Below are positions 19,411-29,408 of a stretch of DNA of 64,000 nt, in pieces. The notes under the pieces were generated by a model. It made no database searches and had not been told where the DNA came from. It worked only from the letters and a program-made list of their open reading frames with translations. This DNA comes from an uncultured Marinosulfonomonas sp. (lineage in GTDB: Bacteria; Pseudomonadota; Alphaproteobacteria; Rhodobacterales; Rhodobacteraceae). The position numbers and the translations under genes were made by a program. The stretch covers positions 8,965-72,964 of the forward strand of contig CAZRHV010000006.1 in assembly GCA_964599985.1 (NCBI GenBank), given 5' to 3'. Within the stretch, counting starts at the first letter, position 1, and every line of letters starts with the position of its first letter.

Positions 19411-20322
19411 ATGTTGGGTAACGATTACGATTTTATCGATAAGCGATTTCGCGACTTGACGGTTCCGATTGCCGAAGTGGAAATGCTTTACACTGGGTGT
19501 CTTTGGGCAGAGGGACCGGTTTGGTTTTCTGATGGCGGTTATCTGGTCTGGAGCGATATTCCAAACAGCCGTTTGCTACGCTGGACACCTGAGGTGGGCG
19601 TTGATGTGTTTCGCACAGATTCTGATTACAGTAATGGCAATACCCGCGACCGGCAGGGGCGGCTGGTGTCCTGCCAGCATGGAAGACGCCGCGTGGTGCG
19701 CACCGAGCCAGACGGCTCTACCACGGTGATCGCCGATGCATACCAAGGCAAACGGCTGAATTCGCCGAACGACGTGGTGGTCAAATCGGACGGCTCAATC
19801 TGGTTCACCGATCCTAACTATGGCATCCTGAGCAATTATGAAGGCTACAAAGCCGACATGGAGCAGGCCGGGTGCTACGTCTACCGGGTGTCGGCGGACC
19901 TGACGGAAATCACGATTGTTGCAGATGATTTTGTCAAACCAAACGGGCTGGCATTTTCGCCGGATGAGCAAATATTGTATATCGCTGATTCAGGTGTTTC
20001 GCACGATCCCGACGGCCCGCACCATATCCGGGCGTTTGACGTTTCGGCAGATGGAACGCTTTCGAACAACCGTGTGTTTGCCGAAGTTAACCCCGGTCTG
20101 CCGGATGGGTTTCGCCTTGATACTGACGGCAATCTCTGGACCAGTGCCGGAGATGGTATCCATTGTTACGCACCTGACGGCACCATTTTAGGTAAGATAA
20201 AAATCCCCGAAGCAGTTGCTAACCTGACCTTTGGCGGTCCCCGCCGGAACCGCTTGTTTATCACCGCCACATCTTCGCTTTATGCGGTCTATGTAGCGGC
20301 TAGCGGAGTGCAGACGCCCTAA
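19411..20322 (+). CDS. SMP-30/gluconolactonase/LRE family lactonase
   Basis: EGPVWFSDGGYLVWSDI, NSPNDVVV, PNGLAFSPD and PDGFRLDTDGNLW six-bladed propeller motifs. ATG 19411 is preceded by an AAGGGA Shine-Dalgarno sequence. Confidence 0.85.
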   Translation: MLGNDYDFIDKRFRDLTVPIAEVEMLYTGCLWAEGPVWFSDGGYLVWSDIPNSRLLRWTPEVGVDVFRTDSDYSNGNTRDRQGRLVSCQHGRRRVVRTEPDGSTTVIADAYQGKRLNSPNDVVVKSDGSIWFTDPNYGILSNYEGYKADMEQAGCYVYRVSADLTEITIVADDFVKPNGLAFSPDEQILYIADSGVSHDPDGPHHIRAFDVSADGTLSNNRVFAEVNPGLPDGFRLDTDGNLWTSAGDGIHCYAPDGTILGKIKIPEAVANLTFGGPRRNRLFITATSSLYAVYVAASGVQTP

Positions 20323-20324
20323 AG

Positions 20325-21341
20325 TCATCCCAGTATCGGGGTGCCATCAGGCAAAGGTGCATCCGCGTGGATTAACCCGGCCGATTTCATGTCGACCCAG
20401 AACTGCGGCGGTGTGGATTGTGAAGCCCAATCTAATATTCCCCGGAATTCCTCGACAGTTTTCGCGCCCGGAATAACGCTGGACACCACCGGATTCGCCA
20501 GCGGAAACTGTAACGCTGCCACTGGTGGGCTGACGTTATTGTCTGCACAAACCGCGTAGATTTTCTTGACCTGCTCCAGAATATGCTGCGGCGCTTTCGC
20601 GTAGTCCCACAGTTCACCGCCCAGCATAACACCTGCATTAAATGGCCCGCCGACGATCAAAGTGGTGCCACTCGCCAAACAGGACGGGATCAATTCATCC
20701 ATCGGGGTTTGCTCCAGCAACGTGTACCGCCCCGCCAGCAGGAATGTGTCCCAATTGCCGATTTCCAAAGCGTCCATGCAAATCTTGTTTTCGTTAACGC
20801 CAAGCCCAATTGCCTTCACCTGGCCGGAAGAACGCAATTCATCCATCGCCTTGTAGCCGCTATTGGCCAGATCAGAAAAATACCGTTTGTTATCTTCGGG
20901 GCCATGTTGAAATTCGCCAATGTCATGGGCCAGTAAAATGTCGATCCTGTTCAGTCCCAGCCTTTGTAAGCTGTCCTCAAAGGATCGCATGATACCGTCA
21001 TATGTGTAATCATAGACCGGCGTGAAGGGTAACGGATTGACCATTCCACCAAGGTTCGGATCAGGGTCTGCACCGGGGGTGAGCAGGCGGCCAACCTTGG
21101 TAGACAGGATGTAGTTGCGCCCCCGGATGGCGTCGCCAACTGCGCGCTCTGATCGTCCGAAACCATAGAACGGGGCGGTATCGACAAAGTTCAGACCGGC
21201 GTCAAATCCTGTGTTCACCACGCCGACTGCATCGTTTCGATCTCCCTTAGAAAAGTTCCCGCCAAAGGGCGCTCCGCCAATGCCAAGCACGCTTACGCTA
21301 ACGTCGGTATGGCCAATTTTTCGGGTTCTGAGTGATGTCAT
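20325..21341 (-). CDS. aldo/keto reductase (aldose 1-dehydrogenase-like)
   Basis: MTSLRTRKIGHTDVSVSVLGIGGAPFG...FVDTAPFYG AKR N-terminal pattern. Start at ATG 21341 has a GAGG Shine-Dalgarno sequence; the ORF-track start is 21380. Confidence 0.8.
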   Translation of the reverse strand: MTSLRTRKIGHTDVSVSVLGIGGAPFGGNFSKGDRNDAVGVVNTGFDAGLNFVDTAPFYGFGRSERAVGDAIRGRNYILSTKVGRLLTPGADPDPNLGGMVNPLPFTPVYDYTYDGIMRSFEDSLQRLGLNRIDILLAHDIGEFQHGPEDNKRYFSDLANSGYKAMDELRSSGQVKAIGLGVNENKICMDALEIGNWDTFLLAGRYTLLEQTPMDELIPSCLASGTTLIVGGPFNAGVMLGGELWDYAKAPQHILEQVKKIYAVCADNNVSPPVAALQFPLANPVVSSVIPGAKTVEEFRGILDWASQSTPPQFWVDMKSAGLIHADAPLPDGTPILG

Positions 21342-21422
21342 CTGGATACCTCGTTCGCTGGATTCGGAATTGGCAGTCATTCACACATTGCAATTTAACA
21401 GTTATTTACTTGGCCTGTGATC

Positions 21423-21456
21423 GCTAACATTATTAAGCACCTAGCTAACATATTAG
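21423..21456. promoter_or_regulatory. two tandem GCTAACAT(T)ATTA boxes 21 bp apart, between the AKR gene and the ABC operon
   Basis: GCTAACATTATTAagcacctaGCTAACATATTAg read directly. The core CTAACAT is shared with the palindrome at 14727. Confidence 0.3.
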
Positions 21457-21580
21457 TTTGACGCGAGGTTGTTCCGCAAGTACGGTTTTGATTGTGACTG
21501 GTATCTTACCAGCTGGGGGCCGTCTTTTGCTTGCCTGTTCAGATCGCTACCCACAAAAAATAATTGGGAGGAATATTAGA

Positions 21581-23071
21581 ATGCTTAGATCAATTGTGAA
21601 TAAACGAAACACAGTAGCTGCGGGGGCGCTGGCGGCAGGCTTAATTGCTGCATTACCGGCAACCGCGCAGGATTACAGTGGGATAACCATCAATATCCTT
21701 ACCCGGCCCGGACCGGTAATCGCGCAGCGAATTGTTGAGCGTGGTGAAGAATTCTCGGCTGCCACTGGTGCCGAGATCAAGGTTAACGAAATTCCGTTCG
21801 CAGAACTATTTCCAAAAACTTTGACGGACTGGGCAACGGGAACCAATTCAATTGACGTAGCCGTAATTGCTTCTGGCTGGGCGGTTGAACTGGCTGATGG
21901 CGGATTGCTGGAAAACCTCGATCCATATGTCGCAGCAGACGACAAAATCGACATTGCCGACATCGCGCCCTATTTTCGTGAATATAATCAGAAAATCGGC
22001 GGCAGCACATATCTGATCACCGTCGATGGTGATTTTCAGATGTTGTACTATCGCACGGATGTTCTGGAAGAAATCGGCATGGACCCACCCAAAAACTGGG
22101 AAGAGTATCTGGCAGTCGCAAAAGCAGCCAATGGCCGCGATATGAATGGCGATGGTGAGCCTGATTTTGGTTCCTGTATATTCAAGAAACGTAACGCGCA
22201 GTCCTATTTTGCGGTGATGTCAATTGCTGCAGGCTTTGTTCAGACCAAGGGCACTGGTGAAGGTATTTTCTTTGATCCCGACACCATGAAACCCAAGATC
22301 AATAACGAGGCATGGATCGAAGCGTTCAACGTATACAAAGCAACCGGTGAATTCGGTCCAACGGATGAACTGAACCACGATATCGGCGATACACGGGCAC
22401 TGGTTACAGGTGGTCGTTGTGCGTTGATGATTGACTGGGGCGATATTGGCCCGCTTTCAATCGACCCTGATGGTGCAGCAATCAAAGACAAGGTCGGCGC
22501 AATCATCATGCCAGGCTCGTCACGTGTACTTGACCCGGCATCCGGCAAACTAGTTGATTGCGATGCAACAACCTGCCCACATGCGATTGATGGCATCAAC
22601 TATGCGCCGTTTGCAGCTTTTGGGGGCTGGTCAGGTATGATCAACGCCAAGGCGGATGCAGATGTGAAACAGGCGTCCTACGACTTCCTGTCTTACATGA
22701 ACCAGGCGGCACAATCGAATGTTGACGTGACAATCGGCTGGACCGGGTTCAATCCGTATCGCAACTCTCAGCTGGAAAACTACGACAATTGGTTAACCGC
22801 AGGGTTTAGCCAGAAGTTTGCTGAAAACTATCTGGGCGCGATCAAGGACAGTCTGAACAGCCCGAATATGGCCTCAGACATTCGTATTCCGGGGGCTGCG
22901 CAGTACACCGGCGTGATCCTGGATCGCGAGCTGGCCCGTTTCCTGGCAGGCGACATCACCGCAGCTGAAGCAGTCGCTAATATTGAAGAAGCATGGGAAG
23001 AAGTGACCGAAGACTTTGGTCGTGAATCTCAGGGGACCATGTACAGACTGTCGCTTGGTGTTACCAACTGA
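21581..23071 (+). CDS. ABC transporter substrate-binding protein (family-1 sugar type, unusually large)
   Basis: GGGAGG Shine-Dalgarno sequence, then MLRSIVNKRNTVAAGALAAGLIAALPATAQD signal peptide. The precursor is about 497 aa (about 466 aa after signal-peptide cleavage). Followed by two permeases and an ATPase. Confidence 0.85.
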   Translation: MLRSIVNKRNTVAAGALAAGLIAALPATAQDYSGITINILTRPGPVIAQRIVERGEEFSAATGAEIKVNEIPFAELFPKTLTDWATGTNSIDVAVIASGWAVELADGGLLENLDPYVAADDKIDIADIAPYFREYNQKIGGSTYLITVDGDFQMLYYRTDVLEEIGMDPPKNWEEYLAVAKAANGRDMNGDGEPDFGSCIFKKRNAQSYFAVMSIAAGFVQTKGTGEGIFFDPDTMKPKINNEAWIEAFNVYKATGEFGPTDELNHDIGDTRALVTGGRCALMIDWGDIGPLSIDPDGAAIKDKVGAIIMPGSSRVLDPASGKLVDCDATTCPHAIDGINYAPFAAFGGWSGMINAKADADVKQASYDFLSYMNQAAQSNVDVTIGWTGFNPYRNSQLENYDNWLTAGFSQKFAENYLGAIKDSLNSPNMASDIRIPGAAQYTGVILDRELARFLAGDITAAEAVANIEEAWEEVTEDFGRESQGTMYRLSLGVTN

Positions 23072-23086
23072 TCCAACTGACAGGAT

Positions 23087-24268
23087 TTGAATATGGCGCC
23101 AACTGGCGACAATAATTTCGCGATCCGGCCGGGGGGAAATCCCTCGGCCGGATTTACCTCGGAACGGTCCCTGCGGGTACGGTTCAGTGAATGGTTAGAC
23201 CATCGCTATGGCACAATATTCATTCTGCCCGCAGTGGTCATGATCCTGATTTTTTCAATATTTCCGCTGGTCGCATCGCTGATCATCGCATTTTCCCGCA
23301 TTCGCCTGCGTGGCGGCGGCTATAGCGTGCGCTTTGTCGGGTTCAAAAACTTTGAAAAGCAAATATTCGGCACCGAACAGTTTCACTTTCTGGGCACGCT
23401 AAAAGGCATGAGCGTGCTGGGTTGGGGTTTCTCTATCGTCGTGATTTTGCTGATCCTGTGGTTGTTCATCCGCTGGATGCGGGTTCGGTTTAACGTGTTT
23501 GGTTTTGTTGGACGGCTGTTTTTGGTGGCCGTTGCAATCGGCCTGACCCTGATGATCGCGGGCACGGTGCTAAGTGGTACCCGGTTTGGCACATTGGGGA
23601 CCACATTGTTCTATGTAGTTGCAGGCTGTTCGCTGCAATTTGTGATAGGCCTTGGGCTGGCGTTCCTGTGTTCGCAGCCGATCAAAGGCAAAGCCTTTTT
23701 CCGGGTCGTGTTCTTTATACCGCTGATGATAACGCCAATTGGCATCGGCTACGCCTTCCGGATGATGGCCGACACCACCAAGGGTCCTTTTGCGCCGATG
23801 TGGCAATGGGCGGGCCTGGGGGATTTTGCCTGGGCATCAGACGCCTGGACCGCGCGAATATTCATCGTCATTGGTGATAGTTGGCAGTGGATACCTTTCA
23901 TATTCGTTGTGCTTTTGGCTGGGCTGGAAAACGTGCCGCGGGACCACGTAGAGGCCGCCGAAGTAGACGGGGCCGGGCGCTGGCAGATTTTCCGCGAAAT
24001 TACGTGGCCGCAAATCGCACCGGTCGCGGCCACGGTTATGCTGATCCGGGTGATTGAAGCGTTCAAGATTGTCGACCTACCCAACATCATGACGTCCGGC
24101 GGACCCGGTATCGCGACCGAATCTATGTCACTGCAGTCATTATTCGCTTGGCGATCACTGGACTTGGGCCAGTCAGCCGCAATCGCCTATTTGCTGCTAT
24201 TCGTGACGGTTGTGATGTGCGTGTCTTTCTTTAACCTCGTGGTATTGGACAGGGTGCGGAAAACATGA
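23087..24268 (+). CDS. ABC sugar transporter permease (MalF-like, extended)
   Basis: EAA loop EAAEVDGAGRWQIFREITWPQ. 393 aa, with an N-terminal extension and extra TM helices. Confidence 0.85.
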   Translation: MNMAPTGDNNFAIRPGGNPSAGFTSERSLRVRFSEWLDHRYGTIFILPAVVMILIFSIFPLVASLIIAFSRIRLRGGGYSVRFVGFKNFEKQIFGTEQFHFLGTLKGMSVLGWGFSIVVILLILWLFIRWMRVRFNVFGFVGRLFLVAVAIGLTLMIAGTVLSGTRFGTLGTTLFYVVAGCSLQFVIGLGLAFLCSQPIKGKAFFRVVFFIPLMITPIGIGYAFRMMADTTKGPFAPMWQWAGLGDFAWASDAWTARIFIVIGDSWQWIPFIFVVLLAGLENVPRDHVEAAEVDGAGRWQIFREITWPQIAPVAATVMLIRVIEAFKIVDLPNIMTSGGPGIATESMSLQSLFAWRSLDLGQSAAIAYLLLFVTVVMCVSFFNLVVLDRVRKT

Positions 24269-25317
24269 TGCAAAAACGCTCGCTTATGACGCAACTGTTT
24301 GAGCCACCTGCCATAGGCCGTATGGCCCCGGCCACCAAGATTATCGTCTATTCCCTGCTAATCGCATGGTCAGCCTTTGTGCTGTTCCCGATATACTGGA
24401 TATTTATCACCTCATTCAAAACCGCCGTCGCCGTGAACCGCGGCCCGTTTTACATACCGTGGTACGATTTCACCCCCAGCCTGCACGCTTGGAAAGAGCT
24501 GTTTGTATTTGACTGGAAAGACACGCTGCACGCCTACTACAATTCAATTGTAATTTCACTTTCGGCGACGATTCTTTGCGTCGGGATTGGTTCAATGGCC
24601 GCCTATGCGCTGGCGCGTGTCGAATATAAACCGAAATTCGGTTCTATCATGATATTCGTATTGTCGATGATCGGCGCGTTTCTGGGCGTCGGATATCTTG
24701 GCATGGATTGGCGGCTGTCACTGGCCGTGGCGCTGGCGGTTTTCTTTTTTCTGGTCAAGGCGCTTAGCAAACATTTCAAGCGCTCGCTGGGCAATGGTGA
24801 CATCCTGTTTTGGATGATTTCACAGCGCATTCTGCCGCCTATTGTGGTGGTGGTCCCGATCTACATGATGTTCCAAAGCGTGCATTTGCTGGATACAAAA
24901 ATCGCAATCATCCTGACCTATTCGGTTGTAAACCTGCCAATCGCCGTCTGGCTGATGTATGATTTTTTCGTTTCCATTCCAAAGGATCTGGAAGAAAGTG
25001 CGCAACTGGATGGCGCCACCCACTTGATGACATTCTGGGAAATCGTGTTACCTCTGTCGCGCCCCGGTCTGGCGGCGACGACGCTGCTGGTGATGATCCT
25101 GTCCTGGAACGAATATTTACTGGCCCTGTTCCTTTCCACCTCAAACGCCCAGACCATGCCAATTCTGGTGGCAGCAATGAACGCGGGTGAGCGTGGAATT
25201 TTATGGTGGAGCATGTCCGTGGTGATCGTGGTGATGATCATCCCAGTGATTACCATGGCGCTGCTTTTACAAAAATTTATCTCAAAAGGCGTGTTGCTGG
25301 GGGCGGTTAAAGGGTGA
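24265..25317 (+). CDS. ABC sugar transporter permease (MalG-like, with an inserted TM pair)
   Basis: EAA loop ESAQLDGATHLMTFWEIVLPL. 350 aa against about 280 aa for typical MalG-type permeases. Confidence 0.85.
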   Translation: MMQKRSLMTQLFEPPAIGRMAPATKIIVYSLLIAWSAFVLFPIYWIFITSFKTAVAVNRGPFYIPWYDFTPSLHAWKELFVFDWKDTLHAYYNSIVISLSATILCVGIGSMAAYALARVEYKPKFGSIMIFVLSMIGAFLGVGYLGMDWRLSLAVALAVFFFLVKALSKHFKRSLGNGDILFWMISQRILPPIVVVVPIYMMFQSVHLLDTKIAIILTYSVVNLPIAVWLMYDFFVSIPKDLEESAQLDGATHLMTFWEIVLPLSRPGLAATTLLVMILSWNEYLLALFLSTSNAQTMPILVAAMNAGERGILWWSMSVVIVVMIIPVITMALLLQKFISKGVLLGAVKG

Positions 25318-26399
25318 ATAACGCAAGCAGTCTGGTCATCAAGGACCTGAACAAAAGCTACGGCGATGTGCATGTGGTCAAGGATTTGAGCCTGTCCGTC
25401 GCGCCGGGGGAATTTCTGGTACTGTTGGGGCCATCTGGTTGTGGTAAAACCACCGCCTTGCGGATGATCGCAGGGTTAGAGGAAATCGACAGCGGCACAA
25501 TCGCACTAGGCGACAATGATGTAACAAACATGCTGCCGAAATACCGAGATGTAGCGATGGTTTTCCAGTCCTACGCGCTCTATCCGCATAAAACAGTCGC
25601 CGAAAACATCGGCTTCCCGCTGAAAATGCGTGGCGTAGAACCAACTGAACGCGCCGCCGCCGTTCGCGATGCGGCCGAGCAGGTACAGATGGAAGAACTG
25701 CTGGAACGCTACCCCCGCCAACTGTCCGGTGGCCAGCGTCAGCGCGTCGCCCTTGCCCGCGCTATCGTGCGCCGTCCGTCGGTATTTCTGATGGATGAAC
25801 CGCTGTCCAATCTTGACGCCCAGCTTCGCGGTCATATGCGCGCCGAGCTGAAACATATGCAGCAGGAACTCGGCGTCACGACAATCTACGTGACCCACGA
25901 CCAGATAGAAGCCATGACACTGGCGCACCGTGTGGCCATCATCAACGATGGCCGCTTACAGCAGGTTGGTACCCCAAATGAGGTATATTCAGACCCTGCC
26001 AACTTGTTTGTAGCGGGTTTCATGGGCGCGCCACCGATGAATTTCGTTGAGGGTGTGATTGAAAACGGTCACTTCGCGGCAGGCGATATTCTGGTGGCAG
26101 TAGCGAGTGATAAAGACCTTGGTCAAGCGGTTCTAGGTTTCCGCCCGGAAGATACCGAACTGGTCGCCTCCGGTCAGGGCCACTTTGATGCGTCGATTTA
26201 CACGGTGGAGCACACCGGTGAGCAGACGCTCGTTACTATTCAGGTTGCCGGGAAATCTCTGGCCGTTAAAATGCCAAAAGATTTTGAAGCAAAGACCAAA
26301 AGTTTGGTCGGTGTGCGATTTGCCGACAGCGCCGGATACATTTTTGACCAGTCATCGGGTGAACGCATCCGTAGCTGTTTGTTGAAGACTGGTGCCTGA
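25314..26399 (+). CDS. ABC sugar transporter ATP-binding protein (MalK/UgpC type)
   Basis: [36 protein letters not shown]. Confidence 0.9.
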   Translation: MNNASSLVIKDLNKSYGDVHVVKDLSLSVAPGEFLVLLGPSGCGKTTALRMIAGLEEIDSGTIALGDNDVTNMLPKYRDVAMVFQSYALYPHKTVAENIGFPLKMRGVEPTERAAAVRDAAEQVQMEELLERYPRQLSGGQRQRVALARAIVRRPSVFLMDEPLSNLDAQLRGHMRAELKHMQQELGVTTIYVTHDQIEAMTLAHRVAIINDGRLQQVGTPNEVYSDPANLFVAGFMGAPPMNFVEGVIENGHFAAGDILVAVASDKDLGQAVLGFRPEDTELVASGQGHFDASIYTVEHTGEQTLVTIQVAGKSLAVKMPKDFEAKTKSLVGVRFADSAGYIFDQSSGERIRSCLLKTGA

Positions 26400-26450
26400 C
26401 AATCGGCTCGGCTATCCGTTTCAAAATGCAATATCTAACGGAGTGATTAC

Positions 26451-27413
26451 ATGATTTTGGTAGGCGGCGAAAACCTGATCGATTTCATCCAAATCGAAAG
26501 CGCCGAGGGAAATCCGTTCTATCAGGCCAACCCCGGTGGTTCACCATATAATTGCGCCAAGGCCATAGGACGCCAGCAAGTACCGGTCAGTTATCTGACG
26601 CCAATTTCCACTGATTCACTCGGTGAATTGCTGGCCAAGGGCCTGACGGATTCCGGGGTAAACCTGTGTGGAACCCGGCGAAGCGAACCAAGTTCGCTTG
26701 CAGTTGTATCGCTACAAAAAGGTGTCGCCAGCTATCAGTTTTACCGCCAGAATACGGCCGAACGCATGGTTACACTTACTGGCCTGAACGCAGGCATTCC
26801 GGCAGACACAACAGCCTTCCACCTCGGGTCACTCTCGCTCACCCATGGTGAAGACGCCGAGGTCTGGACAGACATTTATGTGGCTATGAAGGAGCGGGGT
26901 ATTTTTACCTCACTCGACCCCAACATCCGGGCCGCTTTTATCACCGACCGCGCAGCCTATATGGCGCGGTTTGAGCGACTGCTCGCTGCCACAGACCTGC
27001 TGAAACTCAGCGATGAAGATCTCGCTTGGTTGGCCCCCGATGAGGATTTGGAAACCGCCGCAAAACGGTTGTTAGAACGCTCAAGCGCTGCATTGCTTGT
27101 GGTGACACTCGGAGGTGAAGGAGCGTTAGCGTTAGCGGGTGGAAGAAAGATCACTATCAAAGCCGCACCCGTGACTGAAATGAAAGACACCGTCGGCGCA
27201 GGGGACACATTCACCGCAACCCTGCTGGCCAGACTGGATCAAACCGGAAACCTTAGCTCAGACGCACTGAAAAGCATGGACGGAACCAATGTGACCGCAT
27301 TGCTTAATCGCGCCGCAAAAGCCGCAGCACTGAACTGCGAAAAATCGGGATGTAATCCGCCTGATTTGAGTGAACTGGACAGTGCACTACAAACAGCAAA
27401 GGCCGAAAAATGA
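26451..27413 (+). CDS. PfkB-family carbohydrate kinase, fructokinase-like
   Basis: MILVGGENLIDF...NPGGSPYNCAKAIGR N-terminus resembles rhizobial Frk as I remember it. DTVGAGDTF ATP-site motif. Confidence 0.75.
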   Translation: MILVGGENLIDFIQIESAEGNPFYQANPGGSPYNCAKAIGRQQVPVSYLTPISTDSLGELLAKGLTDSGVNLCGTRRSEPSSLAVVSLQKGVASYQFYRQNTAERMVTLTGLNAGIPADTTAFHLGSLSLTHGEDAEVWTDIYVAMKERGIFTSLDPNIRAAFITDRAAYMARFERLLAATDLLKLSDEDLAWLAPDEDLETAAKRLLERSSAALLVVTLGGEGALALAGGRKITIKAAPVTEMKDTVGAGDTFTATLLARLDQTGNLSSDALKSMDGTNVTALLNRAAKAAALNCEKSGCNPPDLSELDSALQTAKAEK

Positions 27414-28429
27414 CGCCAACTTCCAACACCGGCCTGCTTGATCTCTACCGCGACATGCGCCGTATCCGCACGTTCGAGGACCGGGTGGGTGAACTATTCG
27501 TACGTGGCCAGACCGCCGGTTCAATGCTGCATCTTTCCATCGGTGAGGAATCCGCTGCTGTGGGCGTCAGTTCAGCCATGAAAGACGGCGACACCTTCAC
27601 CACCCACCACCGCGGCCACGGGATATTTCTGGCGCGCGGAGCTGACCCAAAACGGATGATGGCCGAGATTGCCGGCAAGGACAGCGGCTATTGTCACGGC
27701 AAGGGCGGCTCAATGCACATCGCCGATATGGGGCTTGGGCATCTGGGAGCGAACGCCATTGTGGGGGGCGGAATTCCGTCGGTAGTCGGAGCGGCGCTGG
27801 CGGCAAAACGCAAGAAGACCGGAGCGGTTTCAATCGCGTTTTTCGGTGACGGAGCGATGCAGCAGGGCATCCTTTATGAAAGTATGAACATGGCGGCGCT
27901 ATGGGGTCTGCCGGTGCTGTTCGTCTGCATTAACAACCAATACGGCATGGGAACGCGGATTGATCGCGCCACCAAAAACACCAATCTGCACGAACGCGCG
28001 CAGGCTTTCGGGCTGAACGGCATTAGCGTCGACGGGCTGGATGTGACCGAGGTTCAATCGGCAGCACAGGAGCTGATTGATGCGGCGCGCGGCGGTAAAC
28101 CGGGGTTTTTGGCGGTGAAATGTTACCGGTTTTATGGCCATGCCCGAAAAGACAAAAGCCCCTACCGCGACGACGCGGAAGAACAGGCAGGTCGCGCCCG
28201 CGACCCGATGGAACATACCCGCGCAGCATTGCAGGAACTGGGTCAGGACAGTGCCGTACTGGACAAGGTCGACACCGATGCTGCCGCCGAAATGGACGCC
28301 ACCATTGATTTTGCTATCGCGTCTTCACCGCCACCGCAAAATTCGATGTTCCGCGATGTGTTCGCGCCGGACCAGCCTGAACCAGAACCGCTGCGTACCC
28401 GGCTTGACCGCATACTGGCGAGGGGCTGA
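27410..28429 (+). CDS. acoA: TPP-dependent 2-oxo-acid/acetoin dehydrogenase E1 alpha subunit
   Basis: TPP motif GDGAMQQGILYESMNMAALWGLPVLFVCINNQYG. ATGA overlap with the kinase gene. Confidence 0.8.
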   Translation: MTPTSNTGLLDLYRDMRRIRTFEDRVGELFVRGQTAGSMLHLSIGEESAAVGVSSAMKDGDTFTTHHRGHGIFLARGADPKRMMAEIAGKDSGYCHGKGGSMHIADMGLGHLGANAIVGGGIPSVVGAALAAKRKKTGAVSIAFFGDGAMQQGILYESMNMAALWGLPVLFVCINNQYGMGTRIDRATKNTNLHERAQAFGLNGISVDGLDVTEVQSAAQELIDAARGGKPGFLAVKCYRFYGHARKDKSPYRDDAEEQAGRARDPMEHTRAALQELGQDSAVLDKVDTDAAAEMDATIDFAIASSPPPQNSMFRDVFAPDQPEPEPLRTRLDRILARG

Positions 28430-28433
28430 GTAA

Positions 28434-29408
28434 ATGGCCGAAATGACATACCGCGAAGCCCTGAGACAGGCGCTGTTTGATGCAATGAACGAAGACCCCG
28501 ACATAGTTGTGTTGGGCGAAGACGTCGGCGCATACGGTGGCGCATATGGCGTTACCCGCGGGCTGATTGATGAATTCGGGCCGGAACGCCTGATGGATAC
28601 GCCCATTTCCGAACCGGCTATCGTCGGCACCGCCGTTGGTGCAGCGATGAGCGGGCTAAGGCCCGTGGCCGAACTGATGTACGTGGATTTCATGGGTATG
28701 ACCATGGATCAGCTGTGCAATCAAGCGGCCAAAATACGCTATATGTTTGGCGGTCAGATCGGTGTGCCGATGGTGCTGCGCACTCAGGGTGGCACCGGTC
28801 GTTCCGGTGGCGCTCAGCACAGCCAAAGTCTGGAAGCATGGGTCATGCACATGCCCGGCCTGCGACTGGCGATGCCCGCAACAGTTGATGATGCTTACCA
28901 CCTGCTGCGACAGGCGCTGGTGCAACCAGATCCGGTGGTATTTATCGAACACAAGGCGCTTTACACGATGAAGGCCGATGTTGATCTGAGCGCTAAAACC
29001 CTGCCATGGGGCAGGTCGGCGATACGCAGGCAGGGCAGTGACATCGTGATCGTCACCTATTCGCGCCATGTGCATTACGCACTATCAGCGGCGGAGGTTT
29101 TGGCCGGGCAAGGGATCGAAGCAACGGTGATTGACCTGCGTACATTGAACCCGCTGGATTTTGACACCATCCGCGCCGAGGTCGAAAAAACCGGCCGCGC
29201 GATGGTGGTATCGGAAGCCCCGCTGACTTGCGGTGTGACGGCAGAACTGGCCGCGCGGATATCCGAAGAATGCTTTGATTTTCTGGAACAACCTGTCGTG
29301 CGCCTCGGAGCTGAAGACATCCCGATCTCGGTCTCGGCAGAACTGGAAGCCGGCACTGTACCGTCGATTGACCTGATCGCTCAGACCGCCGCCCGGTTAA
29401 TGGAATGA
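28434..29408 (+). CDS. acoB: acetoin/pyruvate dehydrogenase E1 beta subunit
   Basis: MTYREALRQALFDAMNEDPDIVVLGEDVG...DTPISE, a typical E1-beta sequence. 324 aa. Confidence 0.85.
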   Translation: MAEMTYREALRQALFDAMNEDPDIVVLGEDVGAYGGAYGVTRGLIDEFGPERLMDTPISEPAIVGTAVGAAMSGLRPVAELMYVDFMGMTMDQLCNQAAKIRYMFGGQIGVPMVLRTQGGTGRSGGAQHSQSLEAWVMHMPGLRLAMPATVDDAYHLLRQALVQPDPVVFIEHKALYTMKADVDLSAKTLPWGRSAIRRQGSDIVIVTYSRHVHYALSAAEVLAGQGIEATVIDLRTLNPLDFDTIRAEVEKTGRAMVVSEAPLTCGVTAELAARISEECFDFLEQPVVRLGAEDIPISVSAELEAGTVPSIDLIAQTAARLME

